A DNA stretch of 64,000 nucleotides, from contig JACPZK010000002.1 in the NCBI GenBank assembly GCA_016195565.1, forward strand, positions 44,422-108,421, read 5' to 3'. The stretch comes from Nitrospirota bacterium. Its GTDB lineage: Bacteria; Nitrospirota; Thermodesulfovibrionia; Thermodesulfovibrionales; UBA1546. A model generated the notes under the pieces. It was not told where the DNA came from and did not search any database. It saw only the letters and a program-made list of their open reading frames with translations. Positions 29,072 through 39,057 of this stretch are shown here, in pieces. A program made the translations under genes and the position numbers. Within the stretch, counting starts at the first letter, position 1; each line of letters starts with the position of its first letter.

Positions 29072-30541
29072 ATGAAAAGAAAAATATTAATTGGCATAAT
29101 TGTACTGCTGTCAGGATTTCTCCTTGCAGGGATTTCATTTTATATCTTTGGCAGGATTACCGGCCCGTCACGGCTGGCTGTCACAGTATCCCCGAGAGTG
29201 CCGAGCCAGATAATAGAGACCTCAAAGGCATTCTCCGAGATAGCAAACAGTATCTCTCCTGTTGTTGCGAATATCTCAACAACAAAGGTTGTTAAGAGAG
29301 AGGCGCCATCTTTTTTTGACGACCCGTTTTTTAATTTCTTCGGCCCGTCTCATGATTTTGGCTCGCCAAAAAAATGGAAAGAGCAGAGCTTGGGCTCGGG
29401 TGTTATTGTCTCAGGCGACGGTTATATAATCACAAACAATCATGTGATTGAGCAGGCTGAAGAGATAAAGGTGACACTTTATGATAAAAAAAGCTTTAAG
29501 GGAAAAATTGTCGGCGCGGACCCGAAAACAGACATAGCAGTAATAAAGATTAATGCCGAGAACCTGCCGACAGCCGCATGGGCAGACTCCGATAAGCTGC
29601 AGGTCGGAGAATTCGTCCTTGCTATCGGCAATCCGTTCGGCCTGAGCCACACAGTAACAATGGGCATAATAAGCGCAGTGGGAAGAGCAAGCGTGGGAAT
29701 CACAGACTACGAAGACTTCATACAGACAGACGCTGCTATTAACCCGGGCAATTCCGGCGGCCCTCTTGTAAACATCAAGGGAGAAGTTATCGGCATAAAT
29801 ACAGCAATATTTTCAAAGACAGGAGGGTATCAGGGCATAGGGTTTTCGGTGCCGAGCAATCTCGTGAGGTCTGTAATGGAAGACCTTATAAAGTACGGCA
29901 AGAAAACAAGAGGCTGGCTCGGAGTCTCAATACAAAGATTAACTCCTGAGCTTGCAGAGAAATTTGGGATAAAGGACTCGGATGGAGCGCTGGTCGGCGA
30001 TGTTGTAAAAGGCAGCCCCGCTGAAAAGGCAGGCATAATGCGCGGCGACATAGTCCTTGAATATAACGGTAAAAAAGTAAAAGATGCCGATAGCCTGAGG
30101 AATACAGTTGCCCAGACCAAGGCAGGCGTGCAGGTAAATATCAAAATACTCAGAAAAGGGAAAGAATATAATATTACTGTAACAATAACAGAGTCTCCGA
30201 AAGAGCCCGAAGAGGCAAAGATTGAGTCAGTTCCCGAGGATGCCAGACGAGGTGAAGCGCTGGCAGGACTTGAAGTAGTAGAACTGACAAAGGAGATTGC
30301 CCAGCAGTTAGGACTGAACAGAGACGAGAAGGGCGTGGTGCTTTTAAAGGTAGAGGCCGGAAGCGCGGCGGATGAGGCTAAACTAAGGAAAGGGGATGTC
30401 ATCCATGAAATAGACACTAAAAAGGTAGCCACTATCAATGATTTTAATAAGATTGCCTCTGCTATAAAGCCGGGCGCAACAGTGTTGCTCTTCATTAACA
30501 GAGGCGGGCAAAAATTTTATACGGCAATAAAGGCATCATAG
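29072..30541 (+). CDS. DegP/DegQ (HtrA) serine protease with two PDZ domains
   Basis: TNNHV, DIAVIK and QTDAAINPGNSGG catalytic motifs. Confidence 0.95.
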   Translation: MKRKILIGIIVLLSGFLLAGISFYIFGRITGPSRLAVTVSPRVPSQIIETSKAFSEIANSISPVVANISTTKVVKREAPSFFDDPFFNFFGPSHDFGSPKKWKEQSLGSGVIVSGDGYIITNNHVIEQAEEIKVTLYDKKSFKGKIVGADPKTDIAVIKINAENLPTAAWADSDKLQVGEFVLAIGNPFGLSHTVTMGIISAVGRASVGITDYEDFIQTDAAINPGNSGGPLVNIKGEVIGINTAIFSKTGGYQGIGFSVPSNLVRSVMEDLIKYGKKTRGWLGVSIQRLTPELAEKFGIKDSDGALVGDVVKGSPAEKAGIMRGDIVLEYNGKKVKDADSLRNTVAQTKAGVQVNIKILRKGKEYNITVTITESPKEPEEAKIESVPEDARRGEALAGLEVVELTKEIAQQLGLNRDEKGVVLLKVEAGSAADEAKLRKGDVIHEIDTKKVATINDFNKIASAIKPGATVLLFINRGGQKFYTAIKAS

Positions 30542-30644
30542 GGAAAAAGAAAAATTAAAAATTTAAAGTGTAAAATTTAGGAGATAATAATTTTTAATTT
30601 TTCTTTTTTTGGTTTTATTTATAAATAGAAAGGAGGTAATCAGA

Positions 30645-31634
30645 GTGATTTTTATTGTTTTAAGAATAGCTGTATTTGCAGTCTTTTTAATGGCAGGTTA
30701 TCTGCTTGGCAGTAAATATGATTCGCAAGTTATCGGCGCTGTGTGGGGTGCGGCAGCCGGAGCGCTTACCCTTTTTACGGAAGCCGCTCTTAAAAAAATT
30801 TCAATCGGTGTGGTGCTTGGCGGAATATTCGGCGTGTCAGCAGGCCTTTTATTTGCAAATCTGGCGCTTTTTCCTCTGAAAATAATTGTTCCGGATTATG
30901 CGACAACCGCATTTCTTCTGAATGCATTATTCGGGTATACGGGATTGCTGATAGGTCTCAGGCGGGGTAAGGAACTTACCATATCAGGCATACTCAGGAT
31001 TTTCAGAGGACAGGGGATTGAGGATGACCTCAAACTGTTGGATACAAGTGTAATAATAGACGGCCGTATTGCAGACGTATGTGAAGCAGGGTTTATAGAA
31101 GGGACCTTTATAACGCCGCAGTTTATTCTACAGGAGCTGCAGTACATTGCGGATTCTCCTGACCCTCTTAAAAGGGGGCGGGGCAGAAGAGGGCTTGATG
31201 TCCTGCACAAGCTCCAGAAGATGTCCAATGTGACTGTAAAAATAGTTGATGAGGATTTTCCGAAAATAAAAGAAGTTGATTCAAAACTCGTAGCGCTTGC
31301 GCGGATGCTTGACGCAAAAGTAATAACCAATGACTTTAATCTCAACAAGATTGCCGAACTTCAGGGAGTATCTGTCCTGAACATACATGAACTCGCAAAT
31401 GCCCTGAAACCTGTTGTCCTTCCCGGCGAAACCATAAAACTCTTTGTCATCAAAGAAGGGAAAGAGCATAATCAGGGGGTAGCATATCTTGACGACGGCA
31501 CGATGGTTGTTATAGAAAACGGCAAGAGGCTTATCGGTAAAAATGTTGACGTTACTGTGACAAGTGTCCTCCAGACAACAGCAGGCAGGATGATATTCTC
31601 CAAGACAAAAGAGGATTACGAGAGAGAGAATTGA
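30645..31634 (+). CDS. Membrane PIN/TRAM domain protein (YacL-like)
   Basis: LLDTSVIIDGRI, TNDFNLNK and GVAYLDDGTMVV; GTG start after AGGAGGT; precedes ispD. Confidence 0.92.
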   Translation: MIFIVLRIAVFAVFLMAGYLLGSKYDSQVIGAVWGAAAGALTLFTEAALKKISIGVVLGGIFGVSAGLLFANLALFPLKIIVPDYATTAFLLNALFGYTGLLIGLRRGKELTISGILRIFRGQGIEDDLKLLDTSVIIDGRIADVCEAGFIEGTFITPQFILQELQYIADSPDPLKRGRGRRGLDVLHKLQKMSNVTVKIVDEDFPKIKEVDSKLVALARMLDAKVITNDFNLNKIAELQGVSVLNIHELANALKPVVLPGETIKLFVIKEGKEHNQGVAYLDDGTMVVIENGKRLIGKNVDVTVTSVLQTTAGRMIFSKTKEDYEREN

Positions 31635-31645
31635 GGGCGGTAAAA

Positions 31646-31782
31646 TAGTGTCTGTCCATAAAGTAAGTTTTTGTCATTGTCCGGCTTGACCGGACAATCC
31701 AGAACATAGTGAAAACACTGGATTCCCCGATCAAGTCGGGGAATGACATTAATGTAAATGTGCAATTTATGGACAGACACTA
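31646..31782. mobile_element. MITE-like composite: perfect 17-bp outer inverted repeat around a GTCATT...GGAATGAC palindrome (31673-31747)
   Basis: tagtgtctgtccataaa / tttatggacagacacta. Confidence 0.8.
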
Positions 31783-31817
31783 AATAGTCTACGACTCGTA
31801 GAGTAGAGAGGAATGCA

Positions 31818-32543
31818 GTGAAAGGAAAAGTTATAGCCATTGTTCCGGCAGCCGGGCTCGGAAAAAGATTCGGACAGGGAGGCAACAAGCCGTTCCGGAT
31901 GCTCGGGAATAAACCGCTGGTTGCATGGGTTTTTGAGGTATTAGAATCCATTAACGAGATTGCAGAGATACTGCCTGTTTTTAAAAAAGACGATATGGCG
32001 CTTGGATGTGATCTGTTAGAGAAATTTAAATGCTCAAAGGTTAAAAGGATTGCAGTTGGAGGAAGAGAGAGGCAGGACTCTGTGTACGGCGCACTTGCTT
32101 TGATAGACAAGGAAACAGATGCCGTGCTGATACATGACGGCGTGCGGCCTCTCATTGAAAAATCCATCGTTGAAGAATCAATAAGACAACTCGGGAGAAT
32201 TGACGGTGTTGTTGTAGGGGTGCCGCTTAAAGACACGATTAAAAAAATTCTAAGTTTCGGGTCTCAGGGGTTAACCGAAGTTCTTGTCCAAAAAACTTTA
32301 GACAGGAAATCTCTCTGGGCGATACAGACGCCTCAGGTCTTTAAATATTCTGTGCTGATGAAGGCATACGGAAAAGCAATGGACGAGAGGTTCTACTCAA
32401 CAGACGATTCAGCAATAGTAGAGAAATACGGAGGCAAAGTAAAAGCAATAATGGGCTCTTACAGCAACATAAAAATAACAACTCCCGAAGACCTGGATAT
32501 AGCGGAACTTTTTCTAAAAAAGAGGACTGAAAGCGTATCATGA
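31818..32543 (+). CDS. ispD: 2-C-methyl-D-erythritol 4-phosphate cytidylyltransferase
   Basis: PAAGLGKRF, IHDGVRP, QTPQ and NIKITTPEDL motifs. Confidence 0.96.
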   Translation: MKGKVIAIVPAAGLGKRFGQGGNKPFRMLGNKPLVAWVFEVLESINEIAEILPVFKKDDMALGCDLLEKFKCSKVKRIAVGGRERQDSVYGALALIDKETDAVLIHDGVRPLIEKSIVEESIRQLGRIDGVVVGVPLKDTIKKILSFGSQGLTEVLVQKTLDRKSLWAIQTPQVFKYSVLMKAYGKAMDERFYSTDDSAIVEKYGGKVKAIMGSYSNIKITTPEDLDIAELFLKKRTESVS

Positions 32544-33010
32544 GAACGGGCTTTGGATATGACTCACACAGGCTTATTAATGACCGCAAGCTCATTATCG
32601 GAGGAGTAGAAATACCTTTTGAAAAGGGGCTGGCAGGGCATTCGGATGCGGATGTCCTCTGCCATGCAATAATAGATTCTCTAATCGGAGCCCTTGGCCG
32701 CGGAGACATAGGAAAACACTTTCCTGACACAGAACCGGCATGGAAAAACGCATCAAGCATTGCCTTGCTTAAGAATGTAATTGAGATGGTAAATCGTGGT
32801 GGGTTTGAAGTCCTGTGGATAGACTCAACAATAATTGCGGAAAGACCAAGGCTCTCGCCATACATTGATTCCATGAAAAAGGCTCTCAGCGGTGCAGGGC
32901 TTCCTGCAGACCTTATTAATATAAAGGCAAAGACAAACGAAGGAATGGGTTTTACGGGCAGGGGCGAAGGCATTGCGGCATACGCTGTATGCCTGCTCGG
33001 GAAACCCTGA
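32540..33010 (+). CDS. ispF: 2-C-methyl-D-erythritol 2,4-cyclodiphosphate synthase
   Basis: GYDSH, GHSDADVLCHA, GDIGKHFPD and KAKTNE motifs. Confidence 0.97.
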   Translation: MRTGFGYDSHRLINDRKLIIGGVEIPFEKGLAGHSDADVLCHAIIDSLIGALGRGDIGKHFPDTEPAWKNASSIALLKNVIEMVNRGGFEVLWIDSTIIAERPRLSPYIDSMKKALSGAGLPADLINIKAKTNEGMGFTGRGEGIAAYAVCLLGKP

Positions 33011-33032
33011 TATATATCACACTGCTCTGCAA

Positions 33033-33078
33033 TAACCCCCTTTCATCCCCCTTAAATTAAGGGGGGAAGAGGGGGTTA
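33033..33078. repeat. C/G-run palindrome (TAACCCCC...CCCCCTT-AAGGGGG...GGGGGTTA)
   Basis: Intergenic copy; sister copy inside aroC at 39332-39381. Confidence 0.8.
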
Positions 33079-33094
33079 ATTTTGTCATTGACCG

Positions 33095-33973
33095 ATGGAC
33101 AACAAAAATTTAGTTATAAACCTCAACAAGCCAAAAGGACTGACCTCACAGCAGGCAGTCACAAAGGTCAAGCGTATCTTCGCTGCCAGAAAAGCCGGGC
33201 ACGCAGGAACGCTTGACCCGATTGCTACAGGTATCTTGCTTGTATGCCTGAACGAGGCGACAAAAATAACAAGATTTCTCGCAGACGCCGACAAAGAATA
33301 TATTGCCGTAATGAAACTCGGAGAACGCACAGATACCTTAGACTCTGAAGGAAAAATAATTTATAAAGCGCCTGATTTCTCTGTGGATAAGAATCTTATA
33401 GAAACCGTGTTTGAGCGCTTCAGAGGCAATATTGAACAAATCCCTCCTATGTATTCTGCAATAAAGGTTTCAGGCAAACCTCTCTACATGCTTGCACGCA
33501 AAGGCATAGAAATAGAAAGGCAGCATAGAAGCGTAAATATATATAAGCTTGATATGATCGGTTTTGCCCCTCCTTTTCTGGAGATAAGAGCGCTATGCTC
33601 CAAAGGAACATATATCCGCACGCTGTGTGATGACATAGGAACAGCGCTTGGAATGGGAGCGCATGTTGTTGAACTTAAGAGGACAAAAATAGGAGATTTT
33701 ATGCTTAAGGACTCAGCCGCTTTTGACGAATTGCCTCATAAAGAAAAAGCTGTTTGTTCCATTGACGCTTCACTCAGCCATTTTAAAGATATTATCCTCA
33801 GCAGCCGTGACTTTATCAGGATGGCAAACGGGGCCATGATTGCATCGGAGAATTTGCCTGAATTACCGGCAGATTCGTATCTGAGGCTTAAAAATCCTGA
33901 CGGTAAATTGTTTGCAATAGGCAAGTCAACAGGCTCAGGGATAAAAATAGAGCGGCTGCTGCACATCCTTTAG
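33095..33973 (+). CDS. truB: tRNA pseudouridine-55 synthase
   Basis: GHAGTLDP, PPMYSA and CSKGTYIRTL motifs. Confidence 0.97.
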   Translation: MDNKNLVINLNKPKGLTSQQAVTKVKRIFAARKAGHAGTLDPIATGILLVCLNEATKITRFLADADKEYIAVMKLGERTDTLDSEGKIIYKAPDFSVDKNLIETVFERFRGNIEQIPPMYSAIKVSGKPLYMLARKGIEIERQHRSVNIYKLDMIGFAPPFLEIRALCSKGTYIRTLCDDIGTALGMGAHVVELKRTKIGDFMLKDSAAFDELPHKEKAVCSIDASLSHFKDIILSSRDFIRMANGAMIASENLPELPADSYLRLKNPDGKLFAIGKSTGSGIKIERLLHIL

Positions 33974-34065
33974 TAGTATGGCTGAATTGCCAATTCTTAA
34001 ACCAATATCTTAAAAATTCTGTGAAAGCTTTCGATATGTCTGGAAAATTCACATAAAAAAATAAC

Positions 34066-34094
34066 TTGACAAGTTACGTATTTTCTGGTATTTA
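34066..34094 (+). promoter_or_regulatory. Sigma70-type promoter candidate for pilMNOPQ
   Basis: TTGACA-17 nt-TATTTA with TGn; ATG follows 7 nt later. Confidence 0.55.
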
Positions 34095-34101
34095 TTAAGT
34101 T

Positions 34102-35154
34102 ATGATTTTTGGCAGCAAAGGCTCTATAGGCCTGGACATAGGCTCCAGCTATTTCAAAGTAGTGCAGGTCAAAGACACTAAGAAGGGCTACGAGCTGGAA
34201 CTTTTTGATACGCTTCCGATAGCGCCTGAGATTATAGTTGACGGCGCCATCATAGACTCACTCAGGCTGGTAGAAGCCCTCAAGGAACTCACAAAAAAAG
34301 CCCGCGTAAAAACAAAAGATGCAGTAATAGGAATCTCAGGGCATGCCTCAGTGATTATAAAGCGTATATCGCTTCATGAGATGTCAGAGGATGAGCTTGC
34401 CGAATCAATAAAATTTGAGGCGGAACAGTACGTCCCGTTTGACATTGAGGACGTGAACCTTGACTTTCAGATACTCGGCCCCAGAGAAGAGCCCGGGCAG
34501 ATGGATGTTATACTCGCCGCGGTTAAAAAAGACATAATCAATGAATATGTTGCAGCTGTAAAAGAGGCAGGCCTGAATCCGATAATAGTGGACGTAACTG
34601 CCTTTGCCCTTGAAAACATGTATGAAATCAATTACGAGATTGAACCGAACAGAAATGTGGCGCTGGTCAATATCGGAGCAAGCACAATAAATATAAACAT
34701 CCTCAAGGACGGGGTTTCCGTGTTCACAAGAGACAGCTCTCTTGGAAGCAATCTGTACACAGAAGCCATTCAAAAGGAATTCAGCATTACTTATGAAAAC
34801 GCTGAAAGACTTAAAAGAGGAGAGGCCATAGAAGGCGTGTCTCCCAGAGACGCATATTCCGTGGTTATGAATACCGCTGAGGATTTAATCAATGAGATAG
34901 GACGCTCGTTGGATTATTACAAAAGCACTACACTGCATGAGGACATACATGAGATAATACTGAGCGGCGGCGGCGCACTCATAAAAGATTTTCCGAGGGT
35001 CCTCTCGGAAAAAATCGGGGTTGAATCAAAGGCGGCAGAGCCGTTTAAAAATATCTCAATACCTAAAAAATTTGATGTTTCATATATACAGGAAATGGCG
35101 CCTATGGCAGCTATTGCCGTAGGACTTGCCTTAAGGAGGGCAGGCGACAGATGA
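34102..35154 (+). CDS. pilM: Type IV pilus assembly protein PilM
   Basis: IGLDIGSS, EAEQYVPF, LSGGGA and AVGLALR motifs. Confidence 0.95.
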   Translation: MIFGSKGSIGLDIGSSYFKVVQVKDTKKGYELELFDTLPIAPEIIVDGAIIDSLRLVEALKELTKKARVKTKDAVIGISGHASVIIKRISLHEMSEDELAESIKFEAEQYVPFDIEDVNLDFQILGPREEPGQMDVILAAVKKDIINEYVAAVKEAGLNPIIVDVTAFALENMYEINYEIEPNRNVALVNIGASTININILKDGVSVFTRDSSLGSNLYTEAIQKEFSITYENAERLKRGEAIEGVSPRDAYSVVMNTAEDLINEIGRSLDYYKSTTLHEDIHEIILSGGGALIKDFPRVLSEKIGVESKAAEPFKNISIPKKFDVSYIQEMAPMAAIAVGLALRRAGDR

Positions 35155-35693
35155 TAAGAGTAAACCTCCTGCAAATAAAGCGCAAGAAAAAGCCCAAGGC
35201 GGTTCCGGTATTTATTATCAATAGCGTTCTGTTCACCTTAGCGGCAATCATTGCCTCAGGGTATCTTTTCTACTATAAAAGTTCCCAATTGGCCTCGCTC
35301 CAACAGCAAAAAAAGACTAACGAGGCTACAATAGCGGACCTGAAGAACAAGATAAAGGAAGTAGAAAACTATGAAACCCAGAAACAGACGCTTGAAAAAA
35401 GAAAAGGCATAATAAAGCAACTCAAAAAAAACCAGAGCCTCCCTGTGAAAATCCTTTCAGAGATGGGCAATGTGCTGCCGAATGGCGTCTGGCTTCAGTC
35501 CATGTCTGTATCAGGCAATGACATAAAGATAAGCGGTACCGGATTCACAAATGAGGATGTTGTCAGCTATGAAAAGAATCTTAAAAAGTCAGAGCTTTTT
35601 ACCGACGTAAAACTTCATGGAACACAGAAGTCAGCTGCAGGCAAAGTCGTAACTTATCAGTTTAATATAACGTGCAAGGTGAAAGAAGGATAA
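35151..35693 (+). CDS. pilN: Type IV pilus assembly protein PilN
   Basis: IRVNLL N-terminus, TM, coiled coil, LPNGVWL. Confidence 0.9.
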   Translation: MIRVNLLQIKRKKKPKAVPVFIINSVLFTLAAIIASGYLFYYKSSQLASLQQQKKTNEATIADLKNKIKEVENYETQKQTLEKRKGIIKQLKKNQSLPVKILSEMGNVLPNGVWLQSMSVSGNDIKISGTGFTNEDVVSYEKNLKKSELFTDVKLHGTQKSAAGKVVTYQFNITCKVKEG

Positions 35694-35694
35694 C

Positions 35695-36288
35695 GTGGCC
35701 CTTAAACTTGACATAAAATTTGATCTAAAAAAGGTGCCCAAAGGCGCAAGAATAGCCATAGCCGCTGCTCCGGCAGTAATCATTGCTATACTGTTTGTAA
35801 TGCTTGTGTATTTTCCTAAAACAAAGGAAATAAAAGATGCAAACGCTAAAATATCTGTACAGGAAAATGAGATAGCCAAAAATAAAACAAAGGCGGCAAA
35901 ACTGGATGTTCTTAAGGTAGAAAATGACAAGCTTATTAAAGAGATCAAAGAACTTCAGGAAAAACTTCCGGAAGAAGAAGGGATATCTACGCTGATTCAG
36001 CAGATAGCCGAGATGGCTGTAAAAGCGGATATAGATATATTGACATGGAAACCAGAGGTAAAAAAAGCGCACGCAAGCGGTATAGTTGAGGAAATTCCTT
36101 TTTCCTTAACCCTTTCCGGAACTTACCACAACCTTGGCTCCTTCTTCAGCAGCCTGACACGATTAAACAGGATTGTCAATGTTTCTGATATACAACTCGG
36201 GGACCCGAAGGTGCGAAAAGAAGAGGCTGCATTAAACATAACAGTAAAAGCAACAACCTTTTCAGCAGTGAAAGAGAAGACCAAATGA
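35695..36288 (+). CDS. pilO: Type IV pilus assembly protein PilO
   Basis: LPEEEGISTL and GTYHNLGSFF...RIVNV motifs; operon position. Confidence 0.9.
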   Translation: MALKLDIKFDLKKVPKGARIAIAAAPAVIIAILFVMLVYFPKTKEIKDANAKISVQENEIAKNKTKAAKLDVLKVENDKLIKEIKELQEKLPEEEGISTLIQQIAEMAVKADIDILTWKPEVKKAHASGIVEEIPFSLTLSGTYHNLGSFFSSLTRLNRIVNVSDIQLGDPKVRKEEAALNITVKATTFSAVKEKTK

Positions 36289-36833
36289 TACAGAATCAAA
36301 AAAACATAGAACAAAATTCAGAACGCAGAAAAGATTTATTCCTTATTGTTTGCCTTATTCTCGCATCACTTTTCTTTCTGGGGGCGTGTGATAAAAAAAC
36401 TGCTCCTTCCAAGTCAGCTGCTGCAAAAACTGCTCAGGAGGCCGCTCCACAGAGCGCCGAGGCAAAAGAGACTAAAGCAGCGGATGAAGTAATCACTTAC
36501 GATAAAAAGGGTAAAAGAGATCCGTTTGTTTCTCTCATTGTAACTGCGGCAGAAAAACCCAGGAAGGGGCAGGCCCCTCTTGAAAATTATGATATCAGCG
36601 CAATCAAGATATTAGGCATTGTATGGAATGATAAAGGTCATTTTGCAGAGGTAGTTTTGCCTGACGGAAAGGCATATACTTTAAGAGAGGGCATGACAAT
36701 CGGGCTGCACGAAGGGAAGGTACAAAGGATAGACAAGAATCATATCGTTATCATGGAAAAAATAAAAGATTACAAGGGACAACTTAAATCGAAAGAAACA
36801 ATTTTGAAACTCCGTGAAGGGGAGGAAAAATGA
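36285..36833 (+). CDS. pilP: Type IV pilus assembly lipoprotein PilP
   Basis: Lipobox LGAC, KRDPF, PLENYD and G.HEGKV motifs. Confidence 0.88.
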   Translation: MIQNQKNIEQNSERRKDLFLIVCLILASLFFLGACDKKTAPSKSAAAKTAQEAAPQSAEAKETKAADEVITYDKKGKRDPFVSLIVTAAEKPRKGQAPLENYDISAIKILGIVWNDKGHFAEVVLPDGKAYTLREGMTIGLHEGKVQRIDKNHIVIMEKIKDYKGQLKSKETILKLREGEEK

Positions 36834-39043
36834 GACAAAAATTAAAAACCAGGAAACAGAAACCAGAAAACATAAAAAAATGGGCGGCGGCATCTTCTCT
36901 ACCGTCCGTTATCTGTGTCTTCTTGTTGGCAACTCTAATGCTCGCTTCAGGATGCGCAACTACAACCAGCGTAAAGGAAGAAAGGCAAATCGCCACGCTG
37001 ACTGCAATAGACATAACAGACAATACGCTTAATATCAATGCAGATAAGCCATTCAAATATACAATATACAAGCCTTCTGACCCGTATAAAGCAATTGTGG
37101 AACTTCCGGATGTGCGGCTTGGCATTGTTTCAGGCAAAATCAAATCAGAGAAAGCGGGTATAACAGAGATTATGCCGTCTCAAACGGAAGAGCCGCTGTT
37201 AAGTAAACTTGAAATACTCCTCTCCTCACCTGCCGGTATTGTGCCTGCCTACAAGGGAACCCTGCTGACACTCAACATAATTAATCTGGAAGAAGAACTT
37301 AAAGCAAAGACGACTGAAAAAGCGGCTGAAACGCCATCCGCCTTAGGCGGAGCAGAGGAAGCCAAAACAACAGAAATTGCACAACCAGAAGAAAAACCAT
37401 CTGCACAAAAAGAGCTTCCGCCTGCAACATCAATTGTAAAGGTAACCATTGAAAAAGAGCAGGATGTCCTGAAGCTGACAATAAAAGGCAACGGCTCTCT
37501 AAACCCTAATGTTTTTGAACTTGACAACAGAACAGTTTTAGACATGTCTAATGTCACACTTGAAGCTCCATTACCGAAAGCACAGTCGCCGCTTAAGGGC
37601 ATACGGTCAGGAAAATATAAAAACAAAACAAGAATTGTGCTTGACATGAAAGAAAAGACAAGCTTTACTGTCACCTCAATAGAGGATTCTGTGATAGTCT
37701 TATTCCAACTTCCCGAAAAAGAAAAATACGCTGCAAAGACATCTGAGGGAGAAACAAAGGTTGCTGAGGTAGCGATGAAAAACTCAGCTGCTTCTGCTGA
37801 AAAACCTGCTGAAGAAGGCAAATACAAAGGGCAGAAAATTTCTCTTGATTTTCAGGATGCAGATATAGGGCCGATATTCAGGCTTCTTGCCGATATAAGC
37901 GGGTACAACTTTGTGATTGATCCTTCTGTAAAGGGCAAGATTACCTTGAAACTCATGAATGTGCCGTGGGAGCGGGCGCTTGACATAATACTGCAGACCT
38001 TCGGCCTTGGGAAATCTGTGGAAGGCAACATAGTATGGATTGCGCCGATTGCTACGTTTACCAAAATCTCTGAAGACAAGACAAAAGCTAAGGCAGCCGA
38101 AGAAATAGCAGAGGACATTACTCAGGAGATATTACGTATAAATTATGCCACTGCCGGCGATATTAGCGCTGCTATTACTAATGCCAAACTGGTCACTAAA
38201 GATAGAGGCAGTATAACGATGGATACAAGGATGAATGCTCTTATTATCAAGGACACACAGAAAAACATTAACAAAATAAAAGAGCTTGTAAAAATAATGG
38301 ATATTGCAAAACCGCAAGTTATGATAGAGGCAAAGATAGTAGAGGTGGGCAGCGATTACAGCGAATCACTTGGGATAAGATGGGGAGGACAAACCGGAGA
38401 CGGGAAGCCTAGTGTTGGTTTCGGCGATGTTAAGATTAACAGCGGGACATTTTCTGTGAATACTCCTATAGTAACTGCAGGGTCCTCTACCACAAATCCC
38501 GGCGGTGTCTTAGGTTTAAGTTTAGGCAGCGCAAACTCTGTGCAGGTGAACCTGTCGCTTTCAGCGCTTGAATCAGTCAGTCAAGCACGGACATTATCAA
38601 ACCCAAAGATATTGACAATGGATAATGAATCAGCCACTATTCAACAGGGACAAACCTTCTTTGTTCCGACCACAAGCTCTGAAGGGACAAAGACAGAGGA
38701 AAAAACTGCAACTTTAAGCCTAACAGTCAAACCAAAGATTACACCTGATGGTTATATACAGATAGACATACTTGCAACGGATGATGCACTCCAGGCTGGT
38801 ACTGCTGGTGCTTCTGCTGTTATAAATAAAAAGAGTTTAACCACAAAGGCATTAGTAAAAAATGGTGAGACATTAGTGCTGGGAGGAATTTATAAAACAA
38901 GTACAACAGAAACAGAGGAAGGGGTGCCGCTATTAAGCAAGATACCGATTTTAGGATGGCTATTTAAGAAAAAGGATCAGACAGGGCCTAATGTTAAGGA
39001 ACTCCTTATATTCATAACTCCAACAATTGTAACTAAGCCGTAA
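36830..39043 (+). CDS. pilQ: Type IV pilus secretin PilQ with AMIN domains
   Basis: ISLDFQDADI, NVPWERAL, QVMIEAKIVE, VPLLSKIPILGWLFK and ELLIFITP motifs. Confidence 0.95.
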   Translation: MRQKLKTRKQKPENIKKWAAASSLPSVICVFLLATLMLASGCATTTSVKEERQIATLTAIDITDNTLNINADKPFKYTIYKPSDPYKAIVELPDVRLGIVSGKIKSEKAGITEIMPSQTEEPLLSKLEILLSSPAGIVPAYKGTLLTLNIINLEEELKAKTTEKAAETPSALGGAEEAKTTEIAQPEEKPSAQKELPPATSIVKVTIEKEQDVLKLTIKGNGSLNPNVFELDNRTVLDMSNVTLEAPLPKAQSPLKGIRSGKYKNKTRIVLDMKEKTSFTVTSIEDSVIVLFQLPEKEKYAAKTSEGETKVAEVAMKNSAASAEKPAEEGKYKGQKISLDFQDADIGPIFRLLADISGYNFVIDPSVKGKITLKLMNVPWERALDIILQTFGLGKSVEGNIVWIAPIATFTKISEDKTKAKAAEEIAEDITQEILRINYATAGDISAAITNAKLVTKDRGSITMDTRMNALIIKDTQKNINKIKELVKIMDIAKPQVMIEAKIVEVGSDYSESLGIRWGGQTGDGKPSVGFGDVKINSGTFSVNTPIVTAGSSTTNPGGVLGLSLGSANSVQVNLSLSALESVSQARTLSNPKILTMDNESATIQQGQTFFVPTTSSEGTKTEEKTATLSLTVKPKITPDGYIQIDILATDDALQAGTAGASAVINKKSLTTKALVKNGETLVLGGIYKTSTTETEEGVPLLSKIPILGWLFKKKDQTGPNVKELLIFITPTIVTKP

Positions 39044-39057
39044 AAATTTATTCTGCG

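Noticed and set aside
30645-33010. PIN-domain gene as a toxin-antitoxin toxin
   Set aside because: It is the conserved membrane PIN/TRAM gene normally found before ispD-ispF, and no antitoxin is adjacent.
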